Positions 14,035 through 26,270 are shown, counted from the stretch's first letter. The stretch is DNA of 64,000 nt from Octopus sinensis (GCF_006345805.1 NC_043004.1:105586001-105650000), one strand, 5' to 3'. A program made the numbers and translations. Notes: generated by a model not told the origin, from the sequence alone.

Positions 14035-14743
14035 AATGGCGGCAATTTTAATTGTAACGGTAGAAATATTGTTGTAACGATAAAGATTTGTTGTTAAAAC
14101 GGTAAACTGTAGGATGTTAAGTTGTGAAGGCTAGACAATGCATAATGTTTTAAGGAAATGTTTTATTTACCGTTACGTTACAAATACCTTGCCTCGACGG
14201 GCAGGTTGTGATAAATCCAAAAGCATGCGAAAGAAAAGTTAAATGTGGGAGAATATTTTGTGCTTGGTTTGGTGTACAGAAATTGTTAGTAGTAATTTCA
14301 GAGAGAGATAGAAAGATGTTGTAAGAGAACAGTATTAGAGCTAGAGTGAAGTGTTGGGTGTTGTCTGACAGTAAACTTCATTCCTCCCTCTGACCAAGGT
14401 TGGTCAGCCAGACCTCGTTGAGCTGTCACCCGTTGGTGACTAACTGATTTTTGCTTGGGATGTGCTTGCTTATATTAAGATCCAGAAGGATAGATATATC
14501 ATTGAGAACATTAGATTTAGTTGGTGGTCTTGTTATCTATTCTAGCTTTTGGTGAAGTAGAAGAGGTTAGAAAGGGTCAAGTAGTGAAGACATTATTTTA
14601 GCCAACCTAAAAGGCATCTGGAAAATGTAAAAACTGCTGTCAGAGAAAAAACCATTGTTCCATCGTGGTAAAAGTTCTGTAGCAGGGCTAATTTAAATTT
14701 GGCTGTGGTGGGTCAAATCTGCTTCATGCATGCAAGATTCGCT

Positions 14744-14746
<3 letters not shown>
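14032..14746 (-). mobile_element. Solo LTR, copy 2 (tandem duplicate)
   Basis: Near-identical to 13185-13897; by eye one substitution and two 1-bp indels. The spacer in front of it is also duplicated in front of copy 1. Confidence 0.6.
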
Positions 14747-14803
<57 letters not shown>

Positions 14804-15289
14804 ATATTTATTTATATATATTATATATTTATACAGATAGATTAGTTAAATGTTTCAAAAGAACTTAGGCACATCAACATGTGGGATGCTAGAAATGGTG
14901 AGGTACATAGGGTTCACAGTGAAGTCGCACAACAATGAAGGTATCAAGTGTTGGTAGGATACTGTAGATATGGATCAAATCCAATTCAAACTGTAGATCT
15001 GACTCAGGGGTTAGTTCTAGGTGTGGTGTAGGTATAAAGAGAAGACAACTTTTATTTAAAATTTACTACACCAGTTTTGGTAGAATTTTATTGATCTATT
15101 CACAGATTACATTATAACATATAAACTACCACCTTCAAAAGTGTTGGCTGGATTCATCAAGATCAATGCATCTCACCTGTTTGATACCTGTTTAATATTT
15201 TACCTGAAGATGGTGGATTATATTTTATGATGTAATCTTTGAATGCATCATTAAAATTCTATCAAAACAGCTGTTTTAAATTTTAAACC

Positions 15290-16031
15290 CAATGTGTGTT
15301 CTTGCTTACGAACCACATGGTTCCGGGTTTAGTCCCACTGCATGGCACCTTGGGCAAGTGTCAACTACCAAAGCCTTGTGAGTGGATTTGGTCAACGGAA
15401 ACTGAAAGAAGCCTGTCTTATTTATGTGTATATATATATATCTATCAATCTAACACGAACGTGACGGTAGGGGGTACACCACTGCTGTTTAGCTCAAGGA
15501 AGCATTGACGCCTCCTGATGGCCTTGACACATTTTTCCTGTGTCCTTATATACATTTACGAAGGTGTTTGTCTCCCCTTTGTAAATGTATATAAGGACAC
15601 AGGAAAAATGTGTCAAAGCCATCAGGAGGCGTCAATGCTTCCTAGGGCTAAACAGCGGTGGCGTACCCCCTACTGTCACGTTCGTGTTAGATTGACAGTA
15701 TACAACCATTCTATTGCCCCACCACCGTACATGTCTCTACGAGAGATTTAGAAATTTAGCATTTCTTTATATCTATCTATCTATCTCTCTCTATATATAT
15801 ATGCATGTGTTTGTGTATATGTTTGTGTTTCTGTATTTGTCCCCCTAACATCAATTGACAACCGATGCTGGTGTGTTTACATCCCCGTAACTTAGCGGTT
15901 CGGCAGAAGAAACCAATATAATAAATACTAGGCTTACAAAGAATAAGTCCTGGGGTTGAGTTGCTCGACTAAAGGCGGTGCTCCAACATGGCCACAGTCA
16001 AATGACTGAAACAAGTAAATGAGTAAAAGAG
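15290..16031 (+). mobile_element. tRNA-head SINE (family B), split by a foldback insertion
   Basis: The 5' half (15290-15420) and 3' half (15790-16031, ending AAAGAG) match the intact copy at 26568-26949. Confidence 0.75.
15442..15698. mobile_element. Foldback/MITE-like element, nearly a perfect palindrome
   Basis: Arms 15445-15559 and 15581-15695 (115 nt each, 6 mismatches) around a 21-nt loop. Inserted in a (TA)n tract. Confidence 0.85.
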
Positions 16032-16039
16032 TATATATA

Positions 16040-16190
16040 TGGATGGGTGGATGGATGGGTGGATGGATGGATGGATGGATGGGTGGGTGGGTGGACGGAT
16101 GGAGGGATGGTTGGGTGGATGGATGAGTGATTGGGTGGATGGATGGATGGATGGGTGGGTGGATGGATGGGTGGATGGATGGATGGGTGG
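16040..16190. repeat. (GGAT)n microsatellite
   Basis: Direct inspection. Confidence 0.95.
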
Positions 16191-16631
16191 AACTTGATTT
16201 GTCCTTTGTTTTTATAGAACTAATAAAACTGGATTGAATTTATCCCTTTATTGATTCAATTATTCAATTTATTATTTTGTTTCCATTTATAGTTTATAAT
16301 TTTTATATATATATACACATACATACATACATATACATATATATATACACGCACACACACACACACATATGTACATATATATGCATGTGTATGTTTCATC
16401 ATCATCAATTTTATGTTCATTTTTTTCTTGCTCATATGGGTTGGATGGACTGTGTTGAAGTAGATTTTCTATGGCCCAATGCCCTCCTTGGTGCTGACCT
16501 TCATCTGGTTTTTAGCTTGGTAATATTTAGCCATGAATAGAAATGGACACCACTTGCATGATGGTGCTACAGACGACTAGCACATGGGATCAAAACAAGG
16601 AGACAATATCCACTCATCTGCATACTTGTAT

Positions 16632-17154
16632 ATTCAGTTTATTTCAAGATTTCTTGCCAATAGAGAAAAATCGGTTTCTAACCTAGATCCAAGGTTCCTT
16701 CGTTGGAATTTCACCATTAACAACAGGGTATTTTTGTATGTATATATGTATGTATGTATGTATGTATGTGCAAATTTGTATGTTTTTATGTATGTATTCT
16801 CATGCATATAGTTGCATATCATATATTTTTAAATGATAAACTTCTGGAAGGTTTTACAGATTTTTACAGTTCCAGTGATGGACTGGATCTGTAGTCTACG
16901 AATCAGCTTTCTCCATTCTGGTTTTGAGAAGCCTAATTTCTCAAGATTGGTATTTAGGTAGTGTGTTACATATTCCAGGGCCCCAATAATTACAGTCATA
17001 AACCTGAACTTGTAATCTGGATAGAGTAACTGCAGATTTCTCAATAGTTCAGCGTGAGTGTTCTCTTTTTCACTGATCTTCAGTTTTATGTTAACATCCT
17101 CTGGGCAATAATTTCTACAACTGTGCGCAGTTTCTCTTCTCTATCCCAAATCAT
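16632..17154 (-). mobile_element. 5'-truncated non-LTR retrotransposon with restriction-like endonuclease (R4/Dong-like), 3' end
   Basis: IWDREEKLRTVVEI / CPEDVNIKLKISEKENTHAELLRNLQLLYPDYKFRFMTVIIGALEYV...LQIQSITGTVKICKTF*, followed by a UTR. Confidence 0.8.
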
Positions 17155-17164
17155 TATATATGTA

Positions 17165-17560
17165 TGTATATATATTGGAAGCACTCCGTCGGTTACGATG
17201 ACGAGGGTTCCGGTTGATCCGAATCAACGGAACAGCCCGCTCGTGAAATTAACGTGTAAGTGGCTGAGCACTCCACAGACACATGTACCCTTAACGTAGT
17301 TCTCGGGGATATTCAGCGTGACACAGAGAGTGACAAGGCCGGCCCTTTGAAATACAAGTACAAGAGAAACAGGAAGTAAAAGTGAGAGAAAGTTGTGGTG
17401 AAAGAGTACAGCAGGGATCACCACCATCCCCTGCCGGAGCCTCGTGGAGCTTTAGGTGTTTTCGCTCAATAAACACTCACAACGCCCGGTCTGGGAATCA
17501 AAACCGTGATCCTATGACTGCGAGTCCGCTGCCCTAACCACTGGGCCATTGCGCCTCCAC
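17165..17560 (-). mobile_element. tRNA-head SINE (family A), full length
   Basis: Head GTGGAGGCGCAATGGCCCAGTGGTTAGGGCAGCGG...GGTTTTGATTCC (A and B boxes). Body shared with 22692-22996 and 31030-31410. Confidence 0.85.
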
Positions 17561-17564
17561 GTGT

Positions 17565-17595
<31 letters not shown>

Positions 17596-17641
17596 TATAT
17601 ATGTATGTATGTATATATGTATGTATGTATCTATCTATCTA

Positions 17642-17702
<61 letters not shown>

Positions 17703-17705
<3 letters not shown>

Positions 17706-18008
17706 TGCATGGCTCTGTGGTCAGAGCGATGGGCTCACAATCATAAGGTAGTGAGTTCAATTCTTGCACTGGGTTGTATGCTGTGTTCTTTATTTCACAT
17801 TACTACAGTTCACTCAGTTGTAGAAATGAGTTGTGACATCACTGGCACCAAGCAGTATCAGCCTTTGCATTTCCCTTGGATAAGATCGGTGGAGTGTGGA
17901 GGGGATGCTGGTATGCATGGGTGACTGCTGGTCTTCCATACAGAACAACTTTGCCTGGACTTGTGCCTCAGAGGGTAACTTTCTAGGTGCAAACCCATGG
18001 TCATTCAT
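17703..18008 (+). mobile_element. tRNA-head SINE (family C)
   Basis: Head GGTGCATGGCTCTGTGGTCAGAG...GAGTTCAATTC. Body shared with 22352-22695 and 34508-34835. Confidence 0.8.
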
Positions 18009-18854
18009 AATTTAAGTGAGGTCCTATATGTGTGTGTGTGTGTATGTGCGTGTGTGTGTGTGTGTGTATGTGCGTGTGTGTGTGTGTGTATGTGCGTGTG
18101 CGTGTGTGTGTGTGTGTATGTATATATTCATAAACATTGGGCTTCTTTTGGTTTCTGTTTACCAGCTCCACTCCTAAGACTGGTTGACCTGGGCTTGTAG
18201 TATAAAACACTTCTCCAAGGTGTCACGCAGTGGGACTGAACCTGAAACTATATTTATACCATATTTATGCATGCCTGTGTATGTGCATAAATCCATCAAC
18301 AGACCAACACAGGAAATATTTTCATAATTGTTTGTATTTTGATTAATTCAGGTACCCATATATATATTTCTGTACATATTTACTAATTTACAGCCATACA
18401 AATACACAAGTACATAGACACATACATACGCATCCACATATAACTATAGACACATCAATATGATACATACATCAATATACCATAAAAATCCTGACTGCAG
18501 CTTGCACCTTAACGCTCCATGTATTTTCCATATTTTCTGCATGACTGCATATGTCTGTGTAAATGAATATCAAGAATGAAGTCAATTTCTCAAGGAAATT
18601 CCCAATAAAGATAACTTAGCTATAGAGCCAAGACTAAAGTAAAACAGGAGAGGTTGGGTGATATATTATTAGTGACAAATAGTTTACTTAGTATTGTATG
18701 CAATATCGACATTCTATAGATTAATGTCTCTCTGTGTAAGCTTATGTCTTCATACAATTAATGTGTATGTGTACGTTTCTGTTTACATATGTTTATGTTT
18801 TGGTCTATAAATGTATGTGCATATATATTCATATATTAATATTTATAACATTAC

Positions 18855-19975
18855 ATGACGGCGAGCTGGCAGAAATGTTAGCCAGCCGGGCAAAATGTTT
18901 AGTGGTATTTCGTCTGCCGCTACGTTCTGAGTTCAAATTCTGCCGAGGTCCTCTTTGCCTTTCGGGGTCGATAAATTAAGTACCAGTTATGCACTGGGGT
19001 CGATGTAATCGACTTAATCCTTTTGTCTGTCCTTGTTTGTCCCCTCTGTGTGTAGCCCCTTGTGGGCAGTAAAGAAATAAGAAACATTAGCATGCCATGC
19101 AAAATGTTTTGCAGTATTTCTGTCTTTATGTTCTGGGTTCAAATTCCTCTGAGATTGACTTTGCCTTTCATCCTTTTTGGGTTGATAAATTAAGTATCAG
19201 TTGTGTATTGGGGTCGATCTAATCGACTGCCCCCCCCTCACCCAAAATTTCAGATCTTGTGCCTAGAGTGGAAAAGAATATTTATACATTACAAGGCAGT
19301 GTGCTGGTAGGATCATTACTGCACTAAAGAAAAAAAGAAATGTTTAGCAGCATTCCTTCTGACTTTACATTTTGGGTTCAAATACCACCGAGGTTGACTT
19401 TGCCTCTCATCATTTTGGGATCGATAAAATAAGTATAATACCAGTTGAACACTGAGGTTGGTGTAATCAGCTTGCATTCCTACCAACTTGTCCTTAGGCC
19501 AAAATTTAAAATCTATATTTATACAAACAAGGGATGATTTTATAAATGGTGCTGAGTTTTACAATTCTGTGAATAATAATATTTTCTTTTTTAGAAGCTG
19601 AAAGTTTATTAGCATTCACTGTGTATTGACTAAAGAAAATTGTCTAAGATTAGGGCTTATAAGCCCTCAGCAGAAAAAAAGTAGGGTTTCTGTACATGTG
19701 GGACTTGAAACCACACCTCTATGTTACCCACATAGAATTGTAGGTTTATGCTTATAAAAAAAATCAATACTTATAAGGAGTCAAGCTAGCAGAATGTCTA
19801 GTGGCATTTCATTCATATTTATGTTTTGAGTTCAAATTCTGCTGAGGTTGGCTTTGTCTTTTATCCTTTTGGGATCAACGAAATGAGTACCAGTCAAGCT
19901 CTGGTGTCAATGTAATTGACTTACACCCAACCAAAAATTGCTGACCTTGTGCCAAAATTTCAAACCAATATTTAT
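18855..19975 (+). mobile_element. Cluster of four same-orientation SINE-like repeats (family D)
   Basis: The unit GAGCTGGCAGAA...GAGTTCAAATTC.GCCGAGGT.GACTTTGCCTTTCATCCTTT.GGG.TCGATAAA recurs at about 18855, 19085, 19300 and 19790. Further copies at 24310 (+) and at 6900-7510 and 8950-9150 (-). Confidence 0.75.
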
Positions 19976-20395
19976 ACCTTGCAATATAATAGATTTATAT
20001 CATTTGATTTTACCCATTGGTTTCACACACAAGAATTAGAAGTAAACCTTAAAAATTTCAGCCTTTGTTTCAAGGGCTGATATGGTTCTATAGTATCAGC
20101 TCAAATGAGTTTATAATACTATACTTTACAGTGTGACCATAGAGTTTTGATATTTAGGAAACGTCACTAATATTCTTGTTTTTTACATCTCCAGATTGAG
20201 TATAAGTTTGTCATTTTCATCTCTGCATCCAGACTTTATGGTCACCCTCTACAGAGTGTAATACACCCACTCTATTGACAATACATGTGCCTCTCTTTCT
20301 TGTTTAATGGATTCTTATATATATATATATATATATATGGACTGTTGGCGACTTTTTTCCACCTTCCTTTTCTTGTGGATTTTCTTATGTCTCCT

Positions 20396-20430
20396 GTTTC
20401 AGGAGAAGAGCTTTACTCGAAAAGTAAAAC
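20396..20430 (+). ncRNA. Degenerate minimal hammerhead-like motif in a short repeat
   Basis: GTTT-CAGGAGA-A-GAG-CTTTA-CTC-GAAA-AG-T-A-AAAC. Stems I and II pair, but the core is mutated (CAGGAGA instead of CUGANGA). Confidence 0.5.
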
Positions 20431-20694
20431 AACCACTCTTTCCTTCTCTGAGTGTCGTATTAACACTTTACATGTACAACATCCCCGCATTGTTGTTTTT
20501 TTCTTGTTGTCTTTCTTTCTCCGTTTTTTTAATGATTATATACGCACACACACACACATAAAATAGTAAACACGAAGGACATTTAAAATTTCGTTTTGGT
20601 AGACTTTTATTAAATGTAGTCAAAAACATTACATCATAATATACAATCCACCATCATTGGGTAAAATTTTAAACAGTTGACCTGGACATAGCCA

Positions 20695-20726
<32 letters not shown>

Positions 20727-20924
20727 AATCATCTAAGAATCCATTAGTCAGGAAAGACAGGCAATTGAGTGTGTATATTAATATTTATACATATATATAT
20801 GTGTGTATATATATATACATATATATATAAATACATATAAATACATATATATGTATATAACTATATATTCATACATATATATATATATATTCATACATAC
20901 ATATATACATACATACATACATAT

Positions 20925-20967
<43 letters not shown>

Positions 20968-21004
20968 TTATATATATATATATATATAATATATATATAT
21001 ATAT

Positions 21005-21061
<57 letters not shown>

Positions 21062-21476
21062 ATACGTATACATACATAAGAAGGTACTCAGTATGTTAGA
21101 GAAGCAGAGTTGGTATTTCTTTTAACTAAGTGGTGCCTTACTACTGTTCAATTGATTTAATAGAATATTACATTTCTTCAAAGGCTAGACTGAATATATG
21201 ATGATAGAACCAAATATATTTTCAGGTCAAATTTTGAAGAAGTACAGAAAATTTTTGAGAAAATTGTACAGTTGCAAAGCATCACTTAGTTAATAAAAGA
21301 TACACTCACACTCACACACACATACATACACACACACACAGCCACATGCACACACGCATGCATACATGCACAAACATATTATATATAAATGTCTCTCCAT
21401 CTGTCTGTCTGTCTCTCTTTCTCACTCTTTCTTCACCCTCCCTCCCTCTCTCTGTGTCTCTCTCTCCTGCTACATT

Positions 21477-21548
<72 letters not shown>

Positions 21549-21670
21549 AACATGTTTATTTGTCTATCTATCTGAGTATGTGTGTGTATATATATATCAT
21601 TTGACTACAAAAGAGTTTTTCATGACTGCACCAGTTTACTGGCTGAAACAAGTAAAAGATAAAAAATAAA

Positions 21671-21706
<36 letters not shown>

Positions 21707-21714
<8 letters not shown>

Positions 21715-22332
21715 TCAATATAGGGTGGTAAATGTTTTTTAAATTTTCTCCTGTTTACGGAATTAATCTTTATTTGCGGTTGAAGCTTTGGCTGTTATTT
21801 CTAGTGGGTGAATGGCCTATTATGGCCGTTCCTTGATTGTTGATGTTGAACTTAAAAATGGTCTATGACTATTTAATTTTTTCCCACTAGGCCGCTGGTG
21901 GCAAAAAGAATTCTACAAAATTTTTTTACCACCCTATATTGATTAATTATGAATTTTCTGGTTAATTCCGTAATGGAATCGACGGCTTATATTTATTTGC
22001 TGCCGATAAATTTGGCGCGAGTGCGACGATTTGAAAATTTTAGGTCAGATATCACCTTGGCAGGGTCGGAAATGCCTCGTGAAAATATCTGTTCCGACTT
22101 GGCTATTTCTTGCTGAAGAATCTGAGGGCCTATGGAAGATTGGCTTGATTTAATTTAATCAGGTTAGTTTACCATTAAACAGCAGATGAAACGGTGCATC
22201 GTACAAGAAATTACAGGGTAAATGTTTTTTAAATTTTCTCCTGTTTACGGAATTAATCTTTATTTGCGGTTGAAGCTTTGGCTGTTATTTCTAGTGGGTG
22301 AATGGCCTATTATGGCCGTTCCTTGATTGTTG
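21707..22332. mobile_element. Unclassified CpG-rich element with a 116-bp direct repeat and a 26-bp inverted repeat (Penelope-like architecture)
   Basis: 21727-21842 is identical to 22217-22332. 21707-21732 is the reverse complement of 21925-21950. Confidence 0.55.
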
Positions 22333-22351
22333 GTATATATATATATATATA

Positions 22352-22695
22352 AGGGTAAAGAAGGGTAAAGACCCCCTTCGGTCATGAATGACCATGGGAT
22401 TGCACCTAGAAAGTTACACTCCTAGACAAGTCCGGGCAAGGTTGTTTATGGAAGGCCAGCAGTCGCCCATGCATACCAGCCTCCCCTCTCCACGCCACCA
22501 GTGTTATCCAAGGGAAAGACAAAGGTCGATACAGCTTGGCACCTGTGACGTCGCAACTCATTTCTACAGCTGAGTGAACTGGAGCAACGTGAAATAAAGT
22601 GCCTTGCTCAAGAACACAACATGCAGCTCGGTCCGGAATACGAGCTCACAACCTCACAATCGTAAGCTCGACGCTCTCACCACTGAGCCATGCGC
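22352..22695 (-). mobile_element. tRNA-head SINE (family C)
   Basis: Reverse-complement match to 17703-18008 and 34508-34835. Confidence 0.8.
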
Positions 22696-22993
22696 AATGG
22701 CCCATTTGTTAGGGCAGCGGACTCGCGGTCGGAGGATCGCGGTTTCGATTCCCAGACCGGGCATTGTGAGTGTTTATTGAGCGAAAACACCTAAAGCTCC
22801 ACGAGGCTCCGGCAGGGGATGGTGGTGATCCCTGCTGTACTCTTTCACCACAACTTTCTCTCGCTCTTTCTTCCTGTTTCTCTTGTACCTGTATTTCAAA
22901 GGGCCGGCCTTGTCACACTCTGTGTCACACTGAATATCCCCGAGAACTACGTTAAGGGTACACGTGTCTGTGGAGTGCTCAGCCACTTGCACG

Positions 22994-22996
<3 letters not shown>
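22692..22996 (+). mobile_element. tRNA-head SINE (family A), 3'-truncated
   Basis: B box GGTTTCGATTCC; matches the reverse complement of 17240-17555. Confidence 0.85.
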
Positions 22997-23042
<46 letters not shown>

Positions 23043-23043
<1 letters not shown>

Positions 23044-23455
23044 TCTTTTACTCTTTTATTCTTTTACTTGTTTCAGTCATATGACTGTGGCCATGCTGCA
23101 GCGCCACTTTTAGTCGAGCAAATCGACCTCAGGACTTATTCTTTGTAAGCTTAGTACATATTCTATCTGTCTCTTTTGCCAAACTGCTAAGTTACAGGGA
23201 CGTAAACACACCAGCATCAGTTGTCAAACGATGTTGAGGGGACAAACACAGACACACAAACACACACACACATATATATATATACATATATACGATGGGC
23301 TTCTTTCAGTTTCCATCTACCAAATCCACTCACAAGGCTTTGGTCGGCCCGAGGCTATAGTAGAAGACACTTGCCCAAGGTGCCACACAGTGGGATTGAA
23401 CCCGGAATCATGTGGCTGGTAAGCAAGCTACTTACCACACAGCCACTCCTACGCC
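23043..23455 (-). mobile_element. tRNA-head SINE (family B)
   Basis: Reverse-complement match to 26568-26949. Confidence 0.85.
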
Positions 23456-23482
23456 TATATACATACATATATATATATATAT

Positions 23483-23483
<1 letters not shown>

Positions 23484-23541
<58 letters not shown>

Positions 23542-23615
23542 GATAGACAGGCAGACAGACAGACAGATAGATAGATGCATGCATGCATGCATACATACAT
23601 ACATACATACATACA
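23484..23615. repeat. Compound (AGAT)n/(AGAC)n/(ATAC)n microsatellite
   Basis: Direct inspection. Confidence 0.95.
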
Positions 23616-25450
23616 TATCCATAATATCCCAGAAACAGCTGTAAGACTATATCTACATCTCTTTCCTTATAAACGTCCTGAAAACTCCTCACAGCCTTGG
23701 CTTTGTTATCTCTTTTTGTCTGATATATATATATATATATTATATATACGATGATGATGATGATGATGATGATGATATATATGACCATATATAGCTGTAA
23801 CCAAGGATATACTACTTGAATACATAAAAGTATAACTGCATAAAATTTTTTAGTGTGACTTTTTTTTCTAACTTATGGACAACTGACTGATATTCATGTG
23901 TCTGTGTATCTGTGTGTGTGCATGCGTGTATATGTGTGTATGTGCATGTGTGTGTTTGTGTGTGTGTGTTTGTGCGTGCAGCTGTTGTTCCTGTTTGGAT
24001 ATATTATGAATGCTTTTGATTTTGTTGTTGTTTCACTGTACGTGTTGCTATTGCTGTTATTGTTGTTAAAGTCAATGCTATCTGATTTCCTGCTAGCAGC
24101 AATCTGTAACTCAGATTTTTCTCAGATTGTATCGACTTCCCTACACTGATCAATTGACCCAACTCTATCCCAGCAACCCTGCAAACCATCAATTATTCAC
24201 TGCAGATCTCTAATACATTTCCCACTGGATTTAGAAACAGAGGCACAAGTCCCATCTCCAGCTACTGAAAGTTGTGTGTCTTTACCAACTAATGTCCAAG
24301 ATCCAGCAAGGTGGCAAGCTGGCAGAAATGTTAGCATGCCAGGTGAAATGCTTAGTGGTATTTCGTGTCTTTACATTCTGGGTTCAAATTCTGCCGAGTT
24401 CAACTTTGCCTTTCATCCTTTCGGGGTTGATAAATTAAGTACCATTTACGTACTGGGGTTGATCTAATCAACTGGTCCTTCCCCAAAAATTTCAGATCTT
24501 ATGCCAAACAAAGTAAATGATTTTAAAGGAGCCTGCCCTTACACTTTGGTTTTAGCAAATTTTTTTGTGTGTTTGTGTCTATGTTTTTTTTTTACTGAAT
24601 CAAGGGATGAGTAAGTAGTCATTGTACCTAGTGTATCTCAGTTTTCAAATAACTGTGAAGACTAAAAAGGGTAGAATTAGAAAGGGTATACAGTTGCGCT
24701 GCCAAAAAATGTCTCAGCCCATACTAGCATGGATAAAACATGAGAAAAAAAAATGATGATGAAGATTATGTAGAGGATGATGATGGTTGTGATGATGATG
24801 ATGATGATGATAATGGTGGTGGTTGTGGTTGTGCTGATGAGGATGATTGTGATGAGAATTATAAAGATGATGGTGATAACAACAACATCAATTATGATGT
24901 TGATGACTTCAATGAAAATGACAATAATGGTGATAAGTATGATGTCGATGACAATGATGTTGGCTAAAACGTCATGCAGGTTTTTCTTGCATCTGTCCAT
25001 GTTCTGAGTTCAATTTGGATGTTTCTCTTTTGTCTCTCTCATCTTTCCGTCATACTTCAAAAATTTGCAAAGACCATCTCATTCAACATTGTTTTTTATT
25101 CTTTTGGGGGTTGATAAAAGAAGTTACCAGTCTAAAGCTGTGGATTAATAGAACAGTAAGAATACCAGACCAGATACCTGCTAGAAATTATCCTGGCTCT
25201 TTGCATTCTGAGTTTAAATCTTACTGTGGCCAGCTCGGATGGTAAATTTTATCTGTCACTTGATTTCACATCACCACCACTACGCATCCAGTATGCTCTG
25301 TAAAGTGGTTGGTGTTAGGAAGGGCATCCAACAATAGAAACCATGCCAAAAAAAAAAGGACTGGAGCCTGATACAGCCCTCTGGTTTTCCAGCTTTCCAG
25401 CTCATATCAAACTGGTCAATCTATGCCAGTATGCATGAAAAACATGTTAA

Positions 25451-25672
25451 CCCTTTCGTTACCGTATTATTGTTGAGGTGCTCTGCGTTTCTTTCAATTA
25501 ATTTTAAATGTAACAAAGAATTTAGTAAAATAACTCAGTAATCATTAAGTTAGTGTTAGGAACATAAATTGTGGCTAAGGTTTGGTGGAAGATTTTAATT
25601 GAAAACTTATGAAAACAAGACATTTGTACTACAGAGCCAGAGGCGGTTTCATCTGGGTTGGTATCAAAAGGG
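25451..25672. mobile_element. piggyBac-type MITE (second family)
   Basis: TTAA at 25447-25450 and 25673-25676. TIR CCCTTTCGTTACC versus CCCTTTTGATACC (11/13). Confidence 0.8.
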
Positions 25673-26071
25673 TTAAATGATGATGATGGCAGTGATGACC
25701 TGGAATATTAGGTGCCTTGGCAGAGGAAGCTTCTCTGTTGCAAGCATTTGTGTTAGGTCTATGGTTGACTGGAATGAAATGATTGGATGTTATTGTTTGG
25801 ACACTGGTGATTTCGCATAGCTAATAGGACATTAAGCCTACTTTGGTGATAGTATTTTTTGGTACTGGAGGCAAGCACAATGCTCTTTGGCACTGGAAAC
25901 AAACACACACTCATGCACATGCATGCAGAAATATACACATATAGATCTATCTATATATATATCTATCTCTTTATTTGTCTGTCTGTGTATAAGTCTGCAT
26001 GCATATCAGCAATGTAACTACACATGTGCTGTTGGCAGTTTCTTTTCCATCTCTGGATTTTTCTTTTTCTC

Positions 26072-26106
26072 TTTTCCGATGAAGAGCTATGCTCGAAACA
26101 TCAAAC
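26072..26106 (+). ncRNA. Minimal hammerhead-like motif (U4C variant)
   Basis: TTTT-CCGATGA-A-GAGC-TAT-GCTC-GAAA-CA-T-C-AAAC. Stem II is a perfect 4 bp and stem I is 3 bp. Confidence 0.6.
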
Positions 26107-26199
26107 TCTCTCCTTTCACAGAGTGTCAAGCTAATACATCTGTAATGCATGTCCTCACAATAATTTTTTTAATCATTTTTTCCATTTATTTGAATTGAC

Positions 26200-26270
<71 letters not shown>

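Noticed and set aside
13185-14746. LTR-spacer-LTR as a miniature LTR retrotransposon (TRIM)
   Set aside because: The 135-bp spacer is microsatellite-rich, is also present before the first LTR, and shows no PBS or PPT. A tandem duplication explains it better.
17480-17560. tRNA-like sequences (also 22692-22760 and 34508-34570) as tRNA genes
   Set aside because: Each continues directly into a shared SINE body, and I could not build a full cloverleaf.
22105-22215. CTGAAGA and CAGATGA motifs as hammerheads in the 21.7-kb element
   Set aside because: No GAAA lies directly after the candidate stem II, so the geometry fails.
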